A DNA stretch of 63,720 nucleotides, filler included, from Octopus bimaculoides (GCF_001194135.2; 7 parts of 7 records of this genome joined end to end with filler, not necessarily neighbours in it); one strand, 5' to 3'. Shown: positions 1 to 13,380, counted from the whole stretch's first letter. Notes: generated from the sequence alone by a model not told the origin. Numbers and translations are program-made.

Positions 1-69
1 CCCTCAAGCATTCACATTGCTCTGTTCCAAACTATTAGTATCTAGAAAATCAGTATTAAAATAGAAATA

Positions 70-129
<60 letters not shown>

Positions 130-594
130 TCAATAGGAAACGGTGTTTCCTAGGGCTAAATAACAGTAGCATTCTTCCCTTTCATGGGACTGTCACATTA
201 AATTGACAACATGTTATCACTTTAGTATTAAACCTGTATTACATTTCTGCTCCTCACCATTCTTTGTCCCTGTTTCAGGTCTTCTACATGGTTGTACAGT
301 ATTTGTTTTTCTGGGAGAGTTACACATTCCTTCCATTTGTAAGTATTTGTTCTTGATTGGTTGTTCTTGTCTCTTTTTAACGCATTACCTGCTCTCGACC
401 AGTCTAATTTTTATCTTCTTTTTGCGAATATGCCATAGATGCAGAGGTAATATCAGCTCTGTTATGCTATGTTTGGTACATTCATGGCTGTGGAATTAAG
501 AAGTTTGCTTCCAACTGTCTGTTGCTGGTTTCAACCCCACAGTGTAGTACCCAGGGTGTCGTCTTCTGTTAATACATAATGGGTCTCCACTAAT

Positions 595-980
595 CCTTAA
601 TACACAATTTATGTTCCTGAAACTAGCTTAATGATAACTAAGTTATTTTACTAAATTCTTTGTTATATTTAAAGTAATTGAAAGAAACACAAAACATCTC
701 AACAGAAATACAGTAACGAAAGGGTTAAAATATATAATAAAGAAATAATTCTTAACCATTTTGATACCAACCTGGTTGAAACTAGCTCTGGCTCTGTAGT
801 ACAAATGTCTTGTTTTCATAAGTTTTGAATTAAAATCTTCCACCAAACCTTAGTCACAATTTATGTTCTTAACACTAGTTCAATGATAACTAAATTATTA
901 TACTAAATTCTTTGTTATATTTAAAATTAATTGAAAGAAACACAGAGCATCTCAACAGAAATACAGTAACGAAAGGGTTA
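595..980. mobile_element. Two tandem copies of a TTAA-bounded non-autonomous DNA element (piggyBac/Kolobok-like ends)
   Basis: Directly repeated ~120-bp block (606-727 and 858-980) ending AAAGGGTTA(A). The second copy starts TTAACCATTTTGATACC at 752. Confidence 0.55.
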
Positions 981-1686
981 GTTGGTGATGATGATGATCT
1001 GCTAAAACACTGAACTATTTGCTTGTGTATGATTTTTTTTTTTCTTTTCCTTTTTCTCCTTCTNNNNNNNNNNNNNNNNNNNNNNNNNNNNNNNNNNNNN
1101 NNNNNNNNNNNNNNNNNNNNNNNNNNNNNNNNNNNNNNNNNNNNNNNNNNNNNNNNNNNNNNNNNNNNNNNNNNNNNNNNNNNNNNNNNNNNNNNNNNNN
1201 NNNNNNNNNNNNNNNNNNNNNNNNNNNNNNNNNNNNNNNNNNNNNNNNNNNNNNNNNNNNNNNNNNNNNNNNNNNNNNNNNNNNNNNNNNNNNNNNNNNN
1301 NNNNNNNNNNNNNNNNNNNNNNNNNNNNNNNNNNNNNNNNNNNNNNNNNNNNNNNNNNNNNNNNNNNNNNNNNNNNNNNNNNNNNNNNNNNNNNNNNNNN
1401 NNNNNNNNNNNNNNNNNNNNNNNNCACACACACATCCACACTCACGCACACTCACATACACACAGCCACTCTCTACTTCATTGTAGTTATTTTTTTTCTT
1501 CTCCACCTCCTTCCTCTCCTGCATCTCCTCCTCCTCCTGTTACCTCTTCTTCTCCTTCCCCTCCTCCTTTTTCTTCTCCTCCTTCTTTGTCTTCTTCTTT
1601 ATCTTTCTTCTTCATTTTCCTCCTCCTCCTTCTTCTGCTGCTACTCACATTCTTCTTTTTCTCTCTGTTTCCATATCACCCTTTTT

Positions 1687-1760
<74 letters not shown>

Positions 1761-2094
1761 AATTACAGAATATAAACTGTGACTATAATGGCAGAGAAAA
1801 TGCTAACAACACAGCTCTCTAACAATGCTGCTTGCTTGCTGGCTTAATAATAATATGATGGTAATTCCTTTTAATTTTGGCAAAAGGCCAGAAATTTTGA
1901 GGAGAAGGGACATCAATTATATCAACCCCAGTGATCAACCAGTACTTATTTTATCAACCCCAGAAGGATGAAAGGTAGAATTTGAACTTGGGATGAAAAG
2001 CCAAAAGTGCTGCTAACCATTTTGACCAATATATTAACAATTCTTCTAGCTTGTCACCTTGCTTTCAGTAATAATAGTAATAACAACAAAAACA

Positions 2095-2210
2095 CCAGGA
2101 CTTACAAGTATATATAACATACAGAAGATTGCACTACTGGGCACTGCACACATCCTACGCAAAACACTTTCATTACAGTAACCATAAGAGCATCACAAGA
2201 TGCACACACA
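2095..2210 (+). mobile_element. 3' end of an RLE-type (R4/Dong-like) LINE
   Basis: Encodes GLTSIYNIQKIALLGTAHILRKTLS*; same family as 47930-48085; preceded by a (TAA)-like tract. Confidence 0.65.
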
Positions 2211-2468
2211 CACACACACACTTACAAACTTTTTTAAATACATAACAGACATGCTGCTGATTTCATGGCCATTCAGGCCTTAAATCTTGCCAAATAGAAA
2301 ACTCTGATGATTATTTTCCCTTATACCTCCACCCCTGCCTCTCCTAATTTTCCTCTTCATCCCCATCTCATCTTACTCATCCATCTCCTCCTATATTATA
2401 CAGAATTTACTTGTCATACTAATCTAGATATTTTGTTTTTTTTTTTCCTCCCATTTCTCTCTTTGTAG

Positions 2469-2553
2469 ACACAGTAAAGACTTGATTCTAATGACCTGCA
2501 TCGTACAGATCCTGAGTTTAATTTCAAACTACTTTTGGCTCTTATGGCTAGTG
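2469..2553 (+). CDS. TMEM208: TMEM208 (SND2/hSnd2) penultimate coding exon: (E)HSKDLILMTCIVQILSLISNYFWLLWLV
   Basis: Long polypyrimidine tract with TTTGTAG acceptor and GTG|GTGAGT donor; 85 nt, phase 2 to 0. The peptide aligns by eye with human TMEM208 [29 protein letters not shown]. Earlier exons are not in the window. Confidence 0.93.
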
Positions 2554-3080
2554 GTGAGTTGGTCACGTGTTACCTTTTCTGTTTCCACCCTTAACATTTC
2601 TTTCTCATTTTTGATCTGGGCAAATGGCTTCTGATTATACCCTCAGGCTCACTCAATTTCTGCTTCAACAAGCTGGCATGGATTGGATGGTTTGACAGGA
2701 GCTGACCAATTGAAAAGCTGCCCATGTTCCATGTCTGTTTTGACATGTTTTCGATGTCCTTCCTAATGCCGGCCACTTCACAGAATGTACAGGGTGCTTT
2801 TTCACAAGGCATTGGCATGGGTGCTTCTACATGGCCCTGGCACTTTTATGTGACACCAGCATGAACACCTTTACATGACACTGGCATGGGCCTTTTTATG
2901 TAGCACCATATATAATAACATAAAATGGGCTTTTCCAGTTTGCATCTACCAAATCCATTCACAAGGCCTTAATTGTCCTGAGACAAAAGTAGAAGACAGA
3001 CACTTGCTCAAAGTGCCATCCACTGGCACTGAACCTTAGACCACACCTACACCTATGATTTTTGATATTCTTGCATTTTA

Positions 3081-3300
3081 AGGCAGTGAGCTAGCAGAAT
3101 GGTTAGCACACCAGGTGAAATACTTAGCAACTTTTCATCTGTCTTCACATTCTGGGTTCAAATTCTGCCAAGGTTGACTTTGTCTTTCATCCTTTCAGGG
3201 TCGATAAACTAAGCACCACTGAAACCCTGGGGTCAATGTAATCAACTCATCTTCCCCCCCCCCCAAAAAATGCTGCCCTTGAGGCAAAATTTGAAACCAT
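3081..3300 (+). mobile_element. SINE family B (AGGCAGCGAGCTGGCAGAATCGTTAGC... type) with an (ATT)n tail
   Basis: Recurs many times in the window, e.g. 1860-2065(-), 12869-13015, 23340-23558(-), 28985-29190, 42645-42866(-), 47228-47640(-), 49215-49443(-), 53270-53475(-) and three copies in 54470-55130(-). Confidence 0.8.
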
Positions 3301-3319
3301 TATTATCATTAATATTATT

Positions 3320-3857
3320 AGCAGGAGTGGCTGTGTGGTAAGTAGCTTGTTTACCAACCACACAGTCCCGGGTTCAGTCCCACTGCGTGGCACCTTGGGC
3401 AAGTGTCTTCTACTATAGCCTCGGGCCGACCAAAGCCTTGTGAGTGGATNNNNNNNNNNNNNNNNNNNNNNNNNNNNNNNNNNNNNNNNNNNNNNNNNNN
3501 NNNNNNNNNNNNNNNNNNNNNNNNNNNNNNNNNNNNNNNNNNNNNNNNNNNNNNNNNNNNNNNNNNNNNNNNNNNNNNNNNNNNNNNNNNNNNNNNNNNN
3601 NNNNNNNNNNNNNNNNNNNNNNNNNNNNNNNNNNNNNNNNNNNNNNNNNNNNNNNNNNNNNNNNNNTATATATATGTGTGTGTATGTTTCTGTGTCTGTT
3701 TGTCCCCCCAGCATCGCTTGACAACCGATACTGGTTTGTTTTTGTCTCCATAACTTAGCAGTTCGGCAAAAGTAACTGATAGAATAAGTACTAGGCTTAC
3801 AAAGAATAAGCTCGAGGGTCGATTTCCTCAACTATAAAGGCTGTGCTCCAGCATGGC
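3320..3857 (+). mobile_element. tRNA-derived SINE family A (internal (TA)n(TG)n tract, gapped)
   Basis: A-box-like TGGCTGTGTGGT and B-box-like GGTTCAGTCCC head; conserved 3' body ending GCTCCAGCATGGCC. Confidence 0.85.
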
Positions 3858-4050
3858 CGAGGTCGACTGTGCCTTTCATCCTTTCAGGGTCGATAAATTA
3901 AGTATCAGTGGAACACTGGGGTCGATGTAATCGACTTGTTCCCCTCCCCACAAATTTCAGGTCTTGTGCCTAAAGTAGAAAGGATATTCTTGCATTTTGA
4001 ATGCTGCACAGTATCTTTAATTTCTTTCTTTTTCTTTTCTATTTGTTTAG

Positions 4051-4173
<123 letters not shown>

Positions 4174-4597
4174 CAGCAGTGCTGGATATATATTTCCTTA
4201 TATGCACCCACACATTCACGCACATGTATACGCATATACATACACACACCTTCAGAAATGCATGCTCGCAAACATACACAAGTCTGAATTATATTGAAAT
4301 AAATAAATAAGTTTATATATATATATATATATATATACATTTGTACTATACATTCATACCTGCAAGCATAAAGAGAGAGAGAGCTGTGTGTCGTGGAGGG
4401 TGTTGATAAATCCTGCAAAGGTCAACTTTGCCTGTCGTCTTTTCGGAGATGATAAAATAAGTACCAGTCATATACTGGGGTCAATGCAATCAACTTTCCT
4501 CTCCTTTCAAAATTATTGGCCTTGTGCCAATATCAGAAAGAGTTACCATTATATTTTTTATTGTTGTCATTGCTTTTTTTTTATATATATATATATA

Positions 4598-4918
4598 TGG
4601 TAAGTAGCTTGCTTACCAACCACATGGTTCTGGGTTCAGTCCCACTGCGTGGCACCCTGGGAAAGTGTCTTCTACTATAGCCTCGGGCCGACCAAAGCCT
4701 TGTGAGTGGATTTGGTAGACGGAAACTGAAAGAAGCCCATCGTATATATATATATATATATATATNNNNNNNNNNNNNNNNNNNNNNNNNNNNNNNNNNN
4801 NNNNNNNNNNNNNNNNNNNNNNNNNNNNNNNNNNNNNNNNNNNNNNNNNNNNNNNNNNNNNNNNNNNNNNNNNNNNNNNNNNNNNNNNNNNNNNNNNNNN
4901 NNNNNNNNNNNNNNNNNN

Positions 4919-4949
<31 letters not shown>

Positions 4950-5166
4950 GTGTGTGTATATGTTTGTGTGTCTGTGTTTGTCCCCCCAACATCGCTTGAC
5001 AACCGATGCTGGTGTGTTTACGTCCCCGTAACTTAGCGGTTCGGCAAAAGAGACCGATAGAATAAGTACTAGGCTTACAAAGAATAAGTCCTAGGGTCGA
5101 TTTGCTTGACTAAATGCGGTGCTCCAGCATGGCCGCAGAGTCAAATGACTGAAACAAGTAAAAGAG
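4598..5166 (+). mobile_element. tRNA-derived SINE family A
   Basis: Same head and body as the other copies; the gap falls in the internal microsatellite. Confidence 0.85.
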
Positions 5167-5581
5167 TATCTATATATATATATATATATATCTATATATA
5201 TATATATTAGCTGTTCTAAGTCTCACCCAGAGACCTCAAGCAACAGCAAGTTGGATGTTTTTCTGTGGCTGTTCCGGATGAATTGCAGACGAGAGAAACC
5301 AAATAATGAGAATCAAAATTCTGGTACGTTTCTAAGACTTCAATTTCAAAAGAGTTTTAAGAGAATCAAGTGTTTTCCGGTTGACAGTAGTTTTCTTAGA
5401 ACGTGGGCAGTACTCCTGAGAACAACTTTTATAGTTTTGATACTTCTGGGTTTTCTAGTGCTTAACCATGATATATAAGAGTACCATTTGATATCATCCC
5501 CAAAACTCTGATTAATCACAGCTACAGTTGTTATTCTTTGATACCACATTTCTGAGACCTTTATTTCAGGTTCCTTGTATG

Positions 5582-5982
5582 TACTGTAAATCCTCAAGTA
5601 TAATCCGCATTTTTTTCCCAAAATTTCCAATGCGTACTATATACAATGGTAAAAAGGAAAAATATTTTCTAAGTGATAATTATGTAAAGGCAATTTACTT
5701 AATATTTATTTTTCACTGACGTTATTGCTGTTATTTCTTTATTTTCTGCAAACAAAGTGCACAAAAAAGCTACACCTTTGCATTATGTTGTATATACAAT
5801 AATAATAAAGGACGTTACCGTATATATGTTTACAAACCAAGGACGTTATATAGACCTCCTTGACTCAAGTTAGAGAAGGGGTGCGTATTATACACAAGGT
5901 TTAGGTTTTTCAGAGGTACAGCCCCCTAAAAATCCCCTGTATATTATACTCAAGGGCAGACTATACTCGAGGATTTACGGTA
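5582..5982. mobile_element. Tc2/pogo-like MITE
   Basis: TIRs TA-CTGTAAATCCTCAAGTATA ... TATACTCGAGGATTTACGG-TA with TA flanks. Confidence 0.75.
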
Positions 5983-6404
5983 CTTAACTTTTCAAAGATG
6001 TTGCAGTCTGCTAGGATTGACATATCAATAAGCAAGCATGTTTTGTCAGTGTGACTTTACATCTGGTCTAATGGTCTGAATAGCTCAATCAGTTTCAGTA
6101 CTAATCTTGCAAAGAACAGTTGTGTCTTTATTTTCTAGTAAATTTGCAGGTTTATGTTCCCACCAGTTCTTTTCATGTAAGAGTCTAAGCTAATGGCTTA
6201 TGATCCAGTGTAAGCACTGACCAAATCTGTCATGGCAATTATTATATTCAGCTGAACCACAGATGAGATGGTTAACTGTTTCTCTAGTTGTACCACAAAT
6301 ACAACTGTTTTTAAGAATGTTGGTTTGAGAATTTCAAGTGGGCTGACACCATTCTTGTTTCTTATTTATGTCGAGATTCCTTCGGAAGCCCTCTGTTTCT
6401 GATT

Positions 6405-6985
6405 TACAAGGAAGGGCTGAGAAGTTCATAGGTTGACTAAGAAGGAGTGAAGCTAGAACTGTGAAGACTTCCATACATTAATTCCAACTCTTCTTATTAA
6501 TAACAGCATTGTTTCTTTCCAGGTAAACTGACATCTGACTGTTCAAAGAGGACTTCAAATGTAACTAGTAATGACTTCTCTTGAAAAGCAACAAAATTTG
6601 ACATCATGCTTTTATCAAGTACCTGCAGGTTAAGATTTTAGCCCCCAAGGTCATCCATACTGACATGGTTGCTACATTAGGGGATGATACTCCAGCTTTA
6701 TCAACTGTGCAAAAGTGAGCAGCTGAATTTTGGAGGGGAAGGGAGAGTCTTTAAGATGACTCAAAGTCTGGTCATCCTGCAACTGTTACTGCCAAAGAAA
6801 ACATTGATCATATCCATCACCTGGTGGTAAATGATTGGCAATTGACTATAAATCAAACAGCTGATGCTATTAGAATATCCTTTGAAAGAGTTGGGAATAT
6901 TCTGTGCAATGGAATGGCATAATGAAGGTCTCTGCTAGGTGGGTGTGATGTCTTATGACACCAGGCTGATCACATCTCAGAAAAA
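6405..6985 (+). mobile_element. Mariner relic: 5' TIR plus a degenerate transposase HTH region
   Basis: TIR-like TACAAGGAAGGGCTGAGAAGTTC; broken reading KVIHTDMVATLGDD...DDSKSGHPAT...VSARWV with stops. Confidence 0.75.
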
Positions 6986-7158
6986 TCTGACAGTGTCAAG
7001 TGCTTTACCTTTAAGCTAAACTGCCCAGTAACGAACTGTTCTGTAACTTTAGGATTTATAAATCTAGCTTTATAAGATGCTAATGTTAAATTCAACTTAA
7101 GATGAAAGTAAACAAAGTTTGCTTCAGAGGCTTTGAGATGTATTGATAGAGAAATAGA

Positions 7159-7212
<54 letters not shown>

Positions 7213-8223
7213 GTACCACAGCTTCAGGTTGAAACAAGCCAAAGTACAACATTAAAAGCTCATATTGTTCTCAAATTTAAACTCTTGTATGCTGCAATAA
7301 AATCAGGAATTCAAAAGTTTCAAGAAATACCTTTCTATGAAGAAATGCAAAAGACAAAAGAAAAGAGCAATAAAAAGAAAAAAAATGAAAACCAAAAGTG
7401 TTCATTGATAATGCTCAGTAAATAGGTTACAAAGCTATTTATTCAGTATTGTCAAAAAAATATTTCATGTTATTATTTTCGTTCTGAGAAAGAACTCACC
7501 TCCGAAACGTCATTGGTATTCCACATCTCGATCACAGGGTAGAAATATATTCATGTTCTCAGATTTTATTTAATCTCTCTTTCATTTTCTCTTTTTAATA
7601 TTTATTTATTTATTTATTTATTTTTGGTAGCAGCAGGTTACTGTCAGTTATTATTGGAGATGGGTTATATACATGTGTGCGTGAGTGTTTATATACATAC
7701 ATACATACATACATATATAATGTATATATGCATATATACATAAATTTATATATATATATATATATATGCATATATATGTATATGCATATACTTATATACA
7801 TATGTACATATCTGTGTGTGTGAGTGTGTGTGTATTTCAGTTTTGAAATTAATCAGTCACATTTATTGTTGGAGTTGCAAATATGAGTAAAGAGGTCATA
7901 TCGATTCTGGGGGAAAGGAAACATACAGAAACATATATGTGATTCAGGATGTTTTAAATATTATCCTCAAAATGAACTGAGAGTAGCTCAACAAAGTGAA
8001 ATAATAAAGATGAACATTGACTGCACTCCCCGCTCACCAGTGGCTTATTTTTGATTCTGTGATTATCACAAAACCTCCATGATGATAATTATCATTTAAA
8101 TTTGCAGGAAGATAGAACCTTGTCTTTCAGAACTTTTCCAAATATATAGCAGTGTAACTGCGCTCAATGTTGTTATCTTGAGTTCAAATCTGCTGTAATT
8201 AAATCCTCACCATACATAACAAT

Positions 8224-8435
8224 TTAATCCTTTAGTGTTTAAACTGGCCATATTTTTTTATATTCAAACTGGCTAGATCTGGCTTCTCACACTTAACCCA
8301 CAATATCATTCTAAAAATGAACGATTACACCATCAAAATCTTGACATTACAAGATAATGCATGGTTAATTCAAAACCTTATGAATAAATAAGCATCACAT
8401 TTGACAGTAATCTCAATGCGTAATGGTTGGGTTAA
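8224..8435. mobile_element. TTAA-flanked non-autonomous element abutting the formin stop codon
   Basis: TTAA-TCCTTTAG ... GGGTTAA. Homologous copies lie at ~11300-11514 and ~11515-11714. Confidence 0.65.
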
Positions 8436-9557
8436 ACAGCCATATATGCCATATTCTCGTGGGCGTGAACAATTCTTTTGTTAGATTCTGATGTCGAAGG
8501 ATAACCATTTACTTGTAAACCATTAACTTTGTCCGAGAAGTAAGAGTTTTGTGGGATTTCTCTAAATTGATGATTGTATATGTTATTGAAAGATTCAAAT
8601 TCATTTGGTTGATATTCAGTCTGTAGATAAGCATTATTAGTGATGTTGTTTGCTATCATATCCAACTTGTTTTGGGACGCCATTTTGTTAATCTTCATGT
8701 TGTGTGTCGCTGATTCTGGAAACGTACTTGCCCGTTTGTTGAACCTGTCGTAGCTGTCGGAGTATTGGTGTATGGTAGGATAACTGTGTAGTGGTTCGAC
8801 AGCAGCAATAAAGTCATTGTGATGATTAAGTCGCAAAGCATATTCCTCTTCTTCACTGCTAGCATTGTCGTAATAATCTGCCATCTTTAACGGAAGCGAT
8901 ATTGGTGTTGTTGTTGTTGTTGGTATTGGTGTTGATGTTGTCGGTTTTGAAATGGCAGTTGTTGATGAGAAGAGGTTTCTCCGTGACGAAGCCACTGGTG
9001 GAACAGACATTACTTGCTTTGCATCGGAAACAGGTTCGTTTGACCTGGAAGGTGTTGCTAATTCACAGGTGTCCTTAGCTTTTTCAAACCGTTCTATGAG
9101 TGAACTTATTGATGGAGCACTGAGAGGAATTTTCTCATTAGGCGTTCGCTGCCTTGATACCTTTTCAGTTGGATCAATATCTCTCGTTCGGCTACTTTCA
9201 TCTGGGTGAAGGTCTCTCATTTGGTTACCTCCATCACGCATCTTCATTTGAGAGTAATTGTAAGCACTTGAGCTTCGATACTGGCCGTTAGATGACGCTG
9301 TACTCATCAAAGGTACTTTTGAATGAGTTAGTGAGCTAATCCAATTCTTACTTTGGCTATTCTTCGAAACGGTGATGCCACTTATGTTATTAACTGTTGA
9401 TAAGTGATTGTTGTTTGTGGTAAAGTATTTTCGGCTCTTATTTTGAAGTTCTTGAGCGTAGCTTCCAATACCAAATGACTGTCCACCGTTACCAACGTTC
9501 ATCCGAGGGTCTTGATTCTTTTTCTGCTGCTGTTGTTGCTGTTGCTGCTGCTGTTGT

Positions 9558-9589
<32 letters not shown>

Positions 9590-11047
9590 TTGAGAATGCA
9601 GTTGCTGGTTGCTAGCAGTTGTGTAGGGCAAAGATTTACTTGGGGCAGGAGCACATTTCAACCAGTTCGTGGGTACCTGGTTATCTACGCCATACAAATC
9701 TAAATGGGGGTTTTCAAAACTATTGATATCTTTATCGACTGATATCAAAGTTCGATCACTGGGTCGACTGGAATTGAATGCTTCATGACCGTCTGCAAAC
9801 TGTTTTGTTGTAGAAACGAGTTCGTTCTCATTCTGGTAATTCAGATTAATTTTTCCCTCGTTTCTAGTCTTCCTACCAGGATCTGAACAGCTTTTATGTG
9901 CTAAGGAATTAGACTGATGGTGAACCAATGGTCCATTGAGGGGTGGCTTCACACAGTTTTCGATCTTAGATTCTGCAGGAAATGTATGGTTGTTCGTCAG
10001 TGAGTTTCCTTCATAGCGTAGATTAATTTCTTTTGAGGGAGCAGATTTTGTTGAGTGATTCGAAACTGGGTGCGACTGATAAAGATGATCTTGATGTGAA
10101 GGGAGATGTTTCTGGTTTGGTAAAGCTTGCTGGGGGTTTGATTTTGATGAAATAATTGTAAAATTTGGATTTGTCTGAATTTGTTCCTGATTAGCTGAAG
10201 TCTGGACTGGCCCAGTCGATAATGTTTTAGAATCCCGACATTTCGTGTAAATTTTAGGGGCTCGCACAGTTTCCTCACCTGTGTTGCCTGACTGGGTAGG
10301 TGGTATGGATTTAAATGCCATCATTTTTGTTTTGTCTGCATTGAGTTTTGTGTTTGCCTGGTTGTGTTCAGTCGAGTTTTGTTTCGTTTGCTCTCGTTTC
10401 AACCACGATTTAAACAAATGCTGTGTTGACCTTTTGAGAAAAGGCTCCGTATTAGCTGATGGAACCTCTGCCGTGGACATTGGTGACATTACTTGAGAAG
10501 AATAAGCCTCTTTGAGGTTATCATTGATGACTTCCGTGGGTGCGGTATTCATATGGAGAGTATGTGATGATCCAAATGGGCTTTGGTTTATATAGTTATG
10601 CACTACACCATTTGCTGTGAGCTGGTTACCCCCAAACCTTGAAGGACTGCTCTCAAAACTATTTGGAAGAGGGTTCATTGGTTTTGGTTTATGAATATCA
10701 GACGTATTTGGTGGACGCGATGTTAAGGGTTTTGGTGGGGACTGAGTAGGGATTTCATGTAAATCATCTCTAGTTTTGAAAGTCTTTAGATGTATTGCGG
10801 AAGGATTAGCATGTGTGTGTTGATGAGGGTGACTCCGCCTGTCTGCTTTGCTTAGTTTCGGAGGTAAATTATGGAATCTGTTGGATGCATTGTCAGAGGA
10901 GAGACACGCTTCTTCAGCGCTGTCTTCCCAGTTTTTAGGTGGGATGGATGGGGGGTTTTCTAACTTCTCTTTCGGTTTGCGACTCCTGGGGGGCAAATCT
11001 GGACCACTATGGCATTGTGGAGCTCTGGTCAATCTGTTGCCACTGAT
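8432..11047 (-). CDS. Formin gene: giant terminal exon, 871-aa low-complexity tail (ISGNRLTRAPQ...ENMAYMAV*) with PxxP motifs and an H7/Q15 run
   Basis: 2.6-kb stop-free frame. Acceptor TATTCTGTCTATTTGCAG|ATC at 11048/11047, phase 0. The link to the FH2 exons is inferred because the preceding exon ends inside an N gap. Confidence 0.8.
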
Positions 11048-11299
11048 CTGCAAATAGACAGAATATAAATTACTACTACTACTACTATTACTACTGCTGC
11101 TACTACTACTGCTGCTGCTGCTGCCACTACTACTACCACTACTACAACTACTGCTCCATTTACTATCCAGCATCAGAACAACAGATTTTTATTCCAAGAT
11201 TCCCAATAAAGTTATAAAGTTATTCAATCTTTGTTTTAAAATACCAAAATGTTAAAAATCATCGCTGACCAACATGTTTCATATCTCTGATTTGCGATG

Positions 11300-11714
11300 C
11301 ATTTAAACCAGCCATATCCGGCTCAGATATTCAACCTGTTTTATATTCAAACCGGCCAGATCCGGTCTTTTGCATCTTCCTTACAATGCCATTCTAAAAA
11401 TGAACAACCACATCAGCCAAATCTCGAAACTACAAGATAATGTATGATTAATTCAAAGCAACGTGAATAAATAGCATTTCATTTGTCAGAGTAACCTGAA
11501 CACTAAAGAGTTAAATTGCCTAAATCTGACCCAAATATTCTACCTGTTTTATGGTCTGATCTGGCCTCTTACACCAAACCTATAATGTCGTTTTAAAAAT
11601 AAAGAATCGCATCATTGAAATCTCGAAACCACAAGTTAAAGCATGATTAATTAATAGCAATATAAATAAATAAACATTACATTTGACAGAATGATCTGAT
11701 TGCTGAAGGGTTAA
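11300..11714. mobile_element. Two tandem partial copies of the same TTAA-ended element
   Basis: Shared CATTCTAAAAATGAAC...CAAGATAATG.ATG.TTAATT...CATTTG.CAG blocks, ending GAGTTAA (11514) and GGGTTAA (11714). Confidence 0.6.
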
Positions 11715-12626
11715 ACGAATGAACAAGTAGCCTAGATCAGTTGTTTTCCAGATATGACCATCTCGTCTTTCTTCAGTTTAGCATATCTAGTGCCAGACAC
11801 ATTGTTCAATATGCAACATTGCTGTTTGTTTAAGATGGTAGAGTGAAGTTTCATGGAAATTTACCTGCTATTTCTAGCATTCTGAATGAGCAAGAACTGG
11901 CAGTGGAGTATTTAGAGTATGTGCTGTCCTTAAATTCGTTCCCCTCCTCCGCCTCTTATACAAAAGAAGAAGGATCAAAGGTCATTCCCAGGTCAAAGGC
12001 TCATAAAGTCGGTTCCCCGGATTCTGTGGTGTATATATATCTCTTTTATTCTTTTACTTGTTTCAGTCAATTGACCTGCGGCCATGCTGGAGCACCACCT
12101 ATAGTCGAACAAATCGACCCAAGAACTTATTCTTTGTAAGCCTAGTACTTATTCTATCCGTCACTTTTGCCGAACCGCTAGGTTACAGGNNNNNNNNNNN
12201 NNNNNNNNNNNNNNNNNNNNNNNNNNNNNNNNNNNNNNNNNNNNNNNNNNNNNNNNNNNNNNNNNNNNNNNNNNNNNNNNNNNNNNNNNNNNNNNNNNNN
12301 NNNNNNNNNNNNNNNNNNNNNNNNNNNNNNNNNNNNNNNNNNNNNNNNNNNNNNNNNNNNNNNNNNNNNNNNNNNNNNNNNNNNNNNNNNNNNNNNNNNN
12401 NNNNNNNNNNNNNNNNNNNNNNNNNNNNNNNNNNNNNNNNNNNNNNNNNNNNNNNNNNNNNNNNNNNNNNNNNNNNNNNNNNNNNNNNNNNNNNNNNNNN
12501 NNNNNNNNNNNNNNNNNNNNNNNNNNNNNNNNNNNNNNNNNNNNNNNNNNNNNNNNNNNNNNNNNNNNNNNNNNNNNNNNNNNNNNNNNNNNNNNNNNNN
12601 NNNNNNNNNNNNNNNNNNNNNNNNNN

Positions 12627-12684
12627 AATGCTTGCAATCTTGCAAGAACTGAACCCACAACGAGAAGAAGAGCTGGGTTGATTC
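12627..12684 (-). CDS. Formin FH2 last-helix exon, partial (runs into the gap): ESTQLFFSLWVQFLQDCKH
   Basis: TTTATTTTTAG acceptor, phase 0. Resembles FMN2 EVSPNAFFSIWHEFSSDFK. Confidence 0.88.
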
Positions 12685-13127
12685 CTAAAAATAAATGAAT
12701 AAAAATTGAAAAGGAGAGTTAGTAAATTATTCCAGAGTAGGAGAAAGAGAGAGCGAGAGAGAAGAGGGAGAGAGGTGTAAAACAGCAGGCGCTTCAATGA
12801 TGACAACCACCACTTGATTATCATTATCGTTACAACAACGACAAAGATGACGATATCCATTATAATTAAGGCAGCGAGCTGGCAGAAATGTTAGCACGCC
12901 GGGTGAAATGCTTAGCGTCTGCCGCTACGTTCTGAGTTCAAATTCCCCAGAGGTTGACTTTGCTTTCATCCTTTTGGGGTCAATAAATTAAGTACAAGTT
13001 ACGCACAGGATGCGCAACACAGTAAATTATTATTATTATTGCTACATATACGGCAGGAATTGGAGAGATTGAAAATTGGCAGCCAAACAGCAGCGGCACC
13101 AACAATAACAATTTTAAGAATACATAC

Positions 13128-13225
13128 TTTGCTATTATTTTCAAAGGAGAAAAAAATCTGTGTTTTCGAAGTATAGCTTTTGGTATCTTGCAGGAACTTC
13201 TTCTGCTCATCCAAAGTCTCCAAAG
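13128..13225 (-). CDS. Formin FH2 exon: (A)LETLDEQKKFLQDTKSYTSKTQIFFSFENNSK
   Basis: CCTTTCAG acceptor and GTATGT donor; 98 nt, phase 1 to 0, compatible with both neighbours. Confidence 0.88.
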
Positions 13226-13380
13226 CTGAAAGGAATTAAATAAAAACGTAGACAGATTAAGGAAATTAGACTTTGTGTTGGAAATGTCGTTATCAAACAG
13301 TCTGGCAGTATTTATAGCCCTTCCCTCTTGAGGTTCTGAAGTAAAACCCAACCGGTGTGTCAATCTTTAAATTTGTCAGA

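Noticed and set aside
1495-1680. Pro/Ser-rich reading that could be mistaken for an FH1 domain
   Set aside because: A (CCT/TCT)n simple repeat on the wrong strand, inside a TMEM208 intron.
11048-11173. Ser-rich N-terminus and start codon of the 913-aa ORF
   Set aside because: It is an intronic (AGT/AGC)n microsatellite upstream of a clear acceptor at 11048; the real exon starts at 11047.
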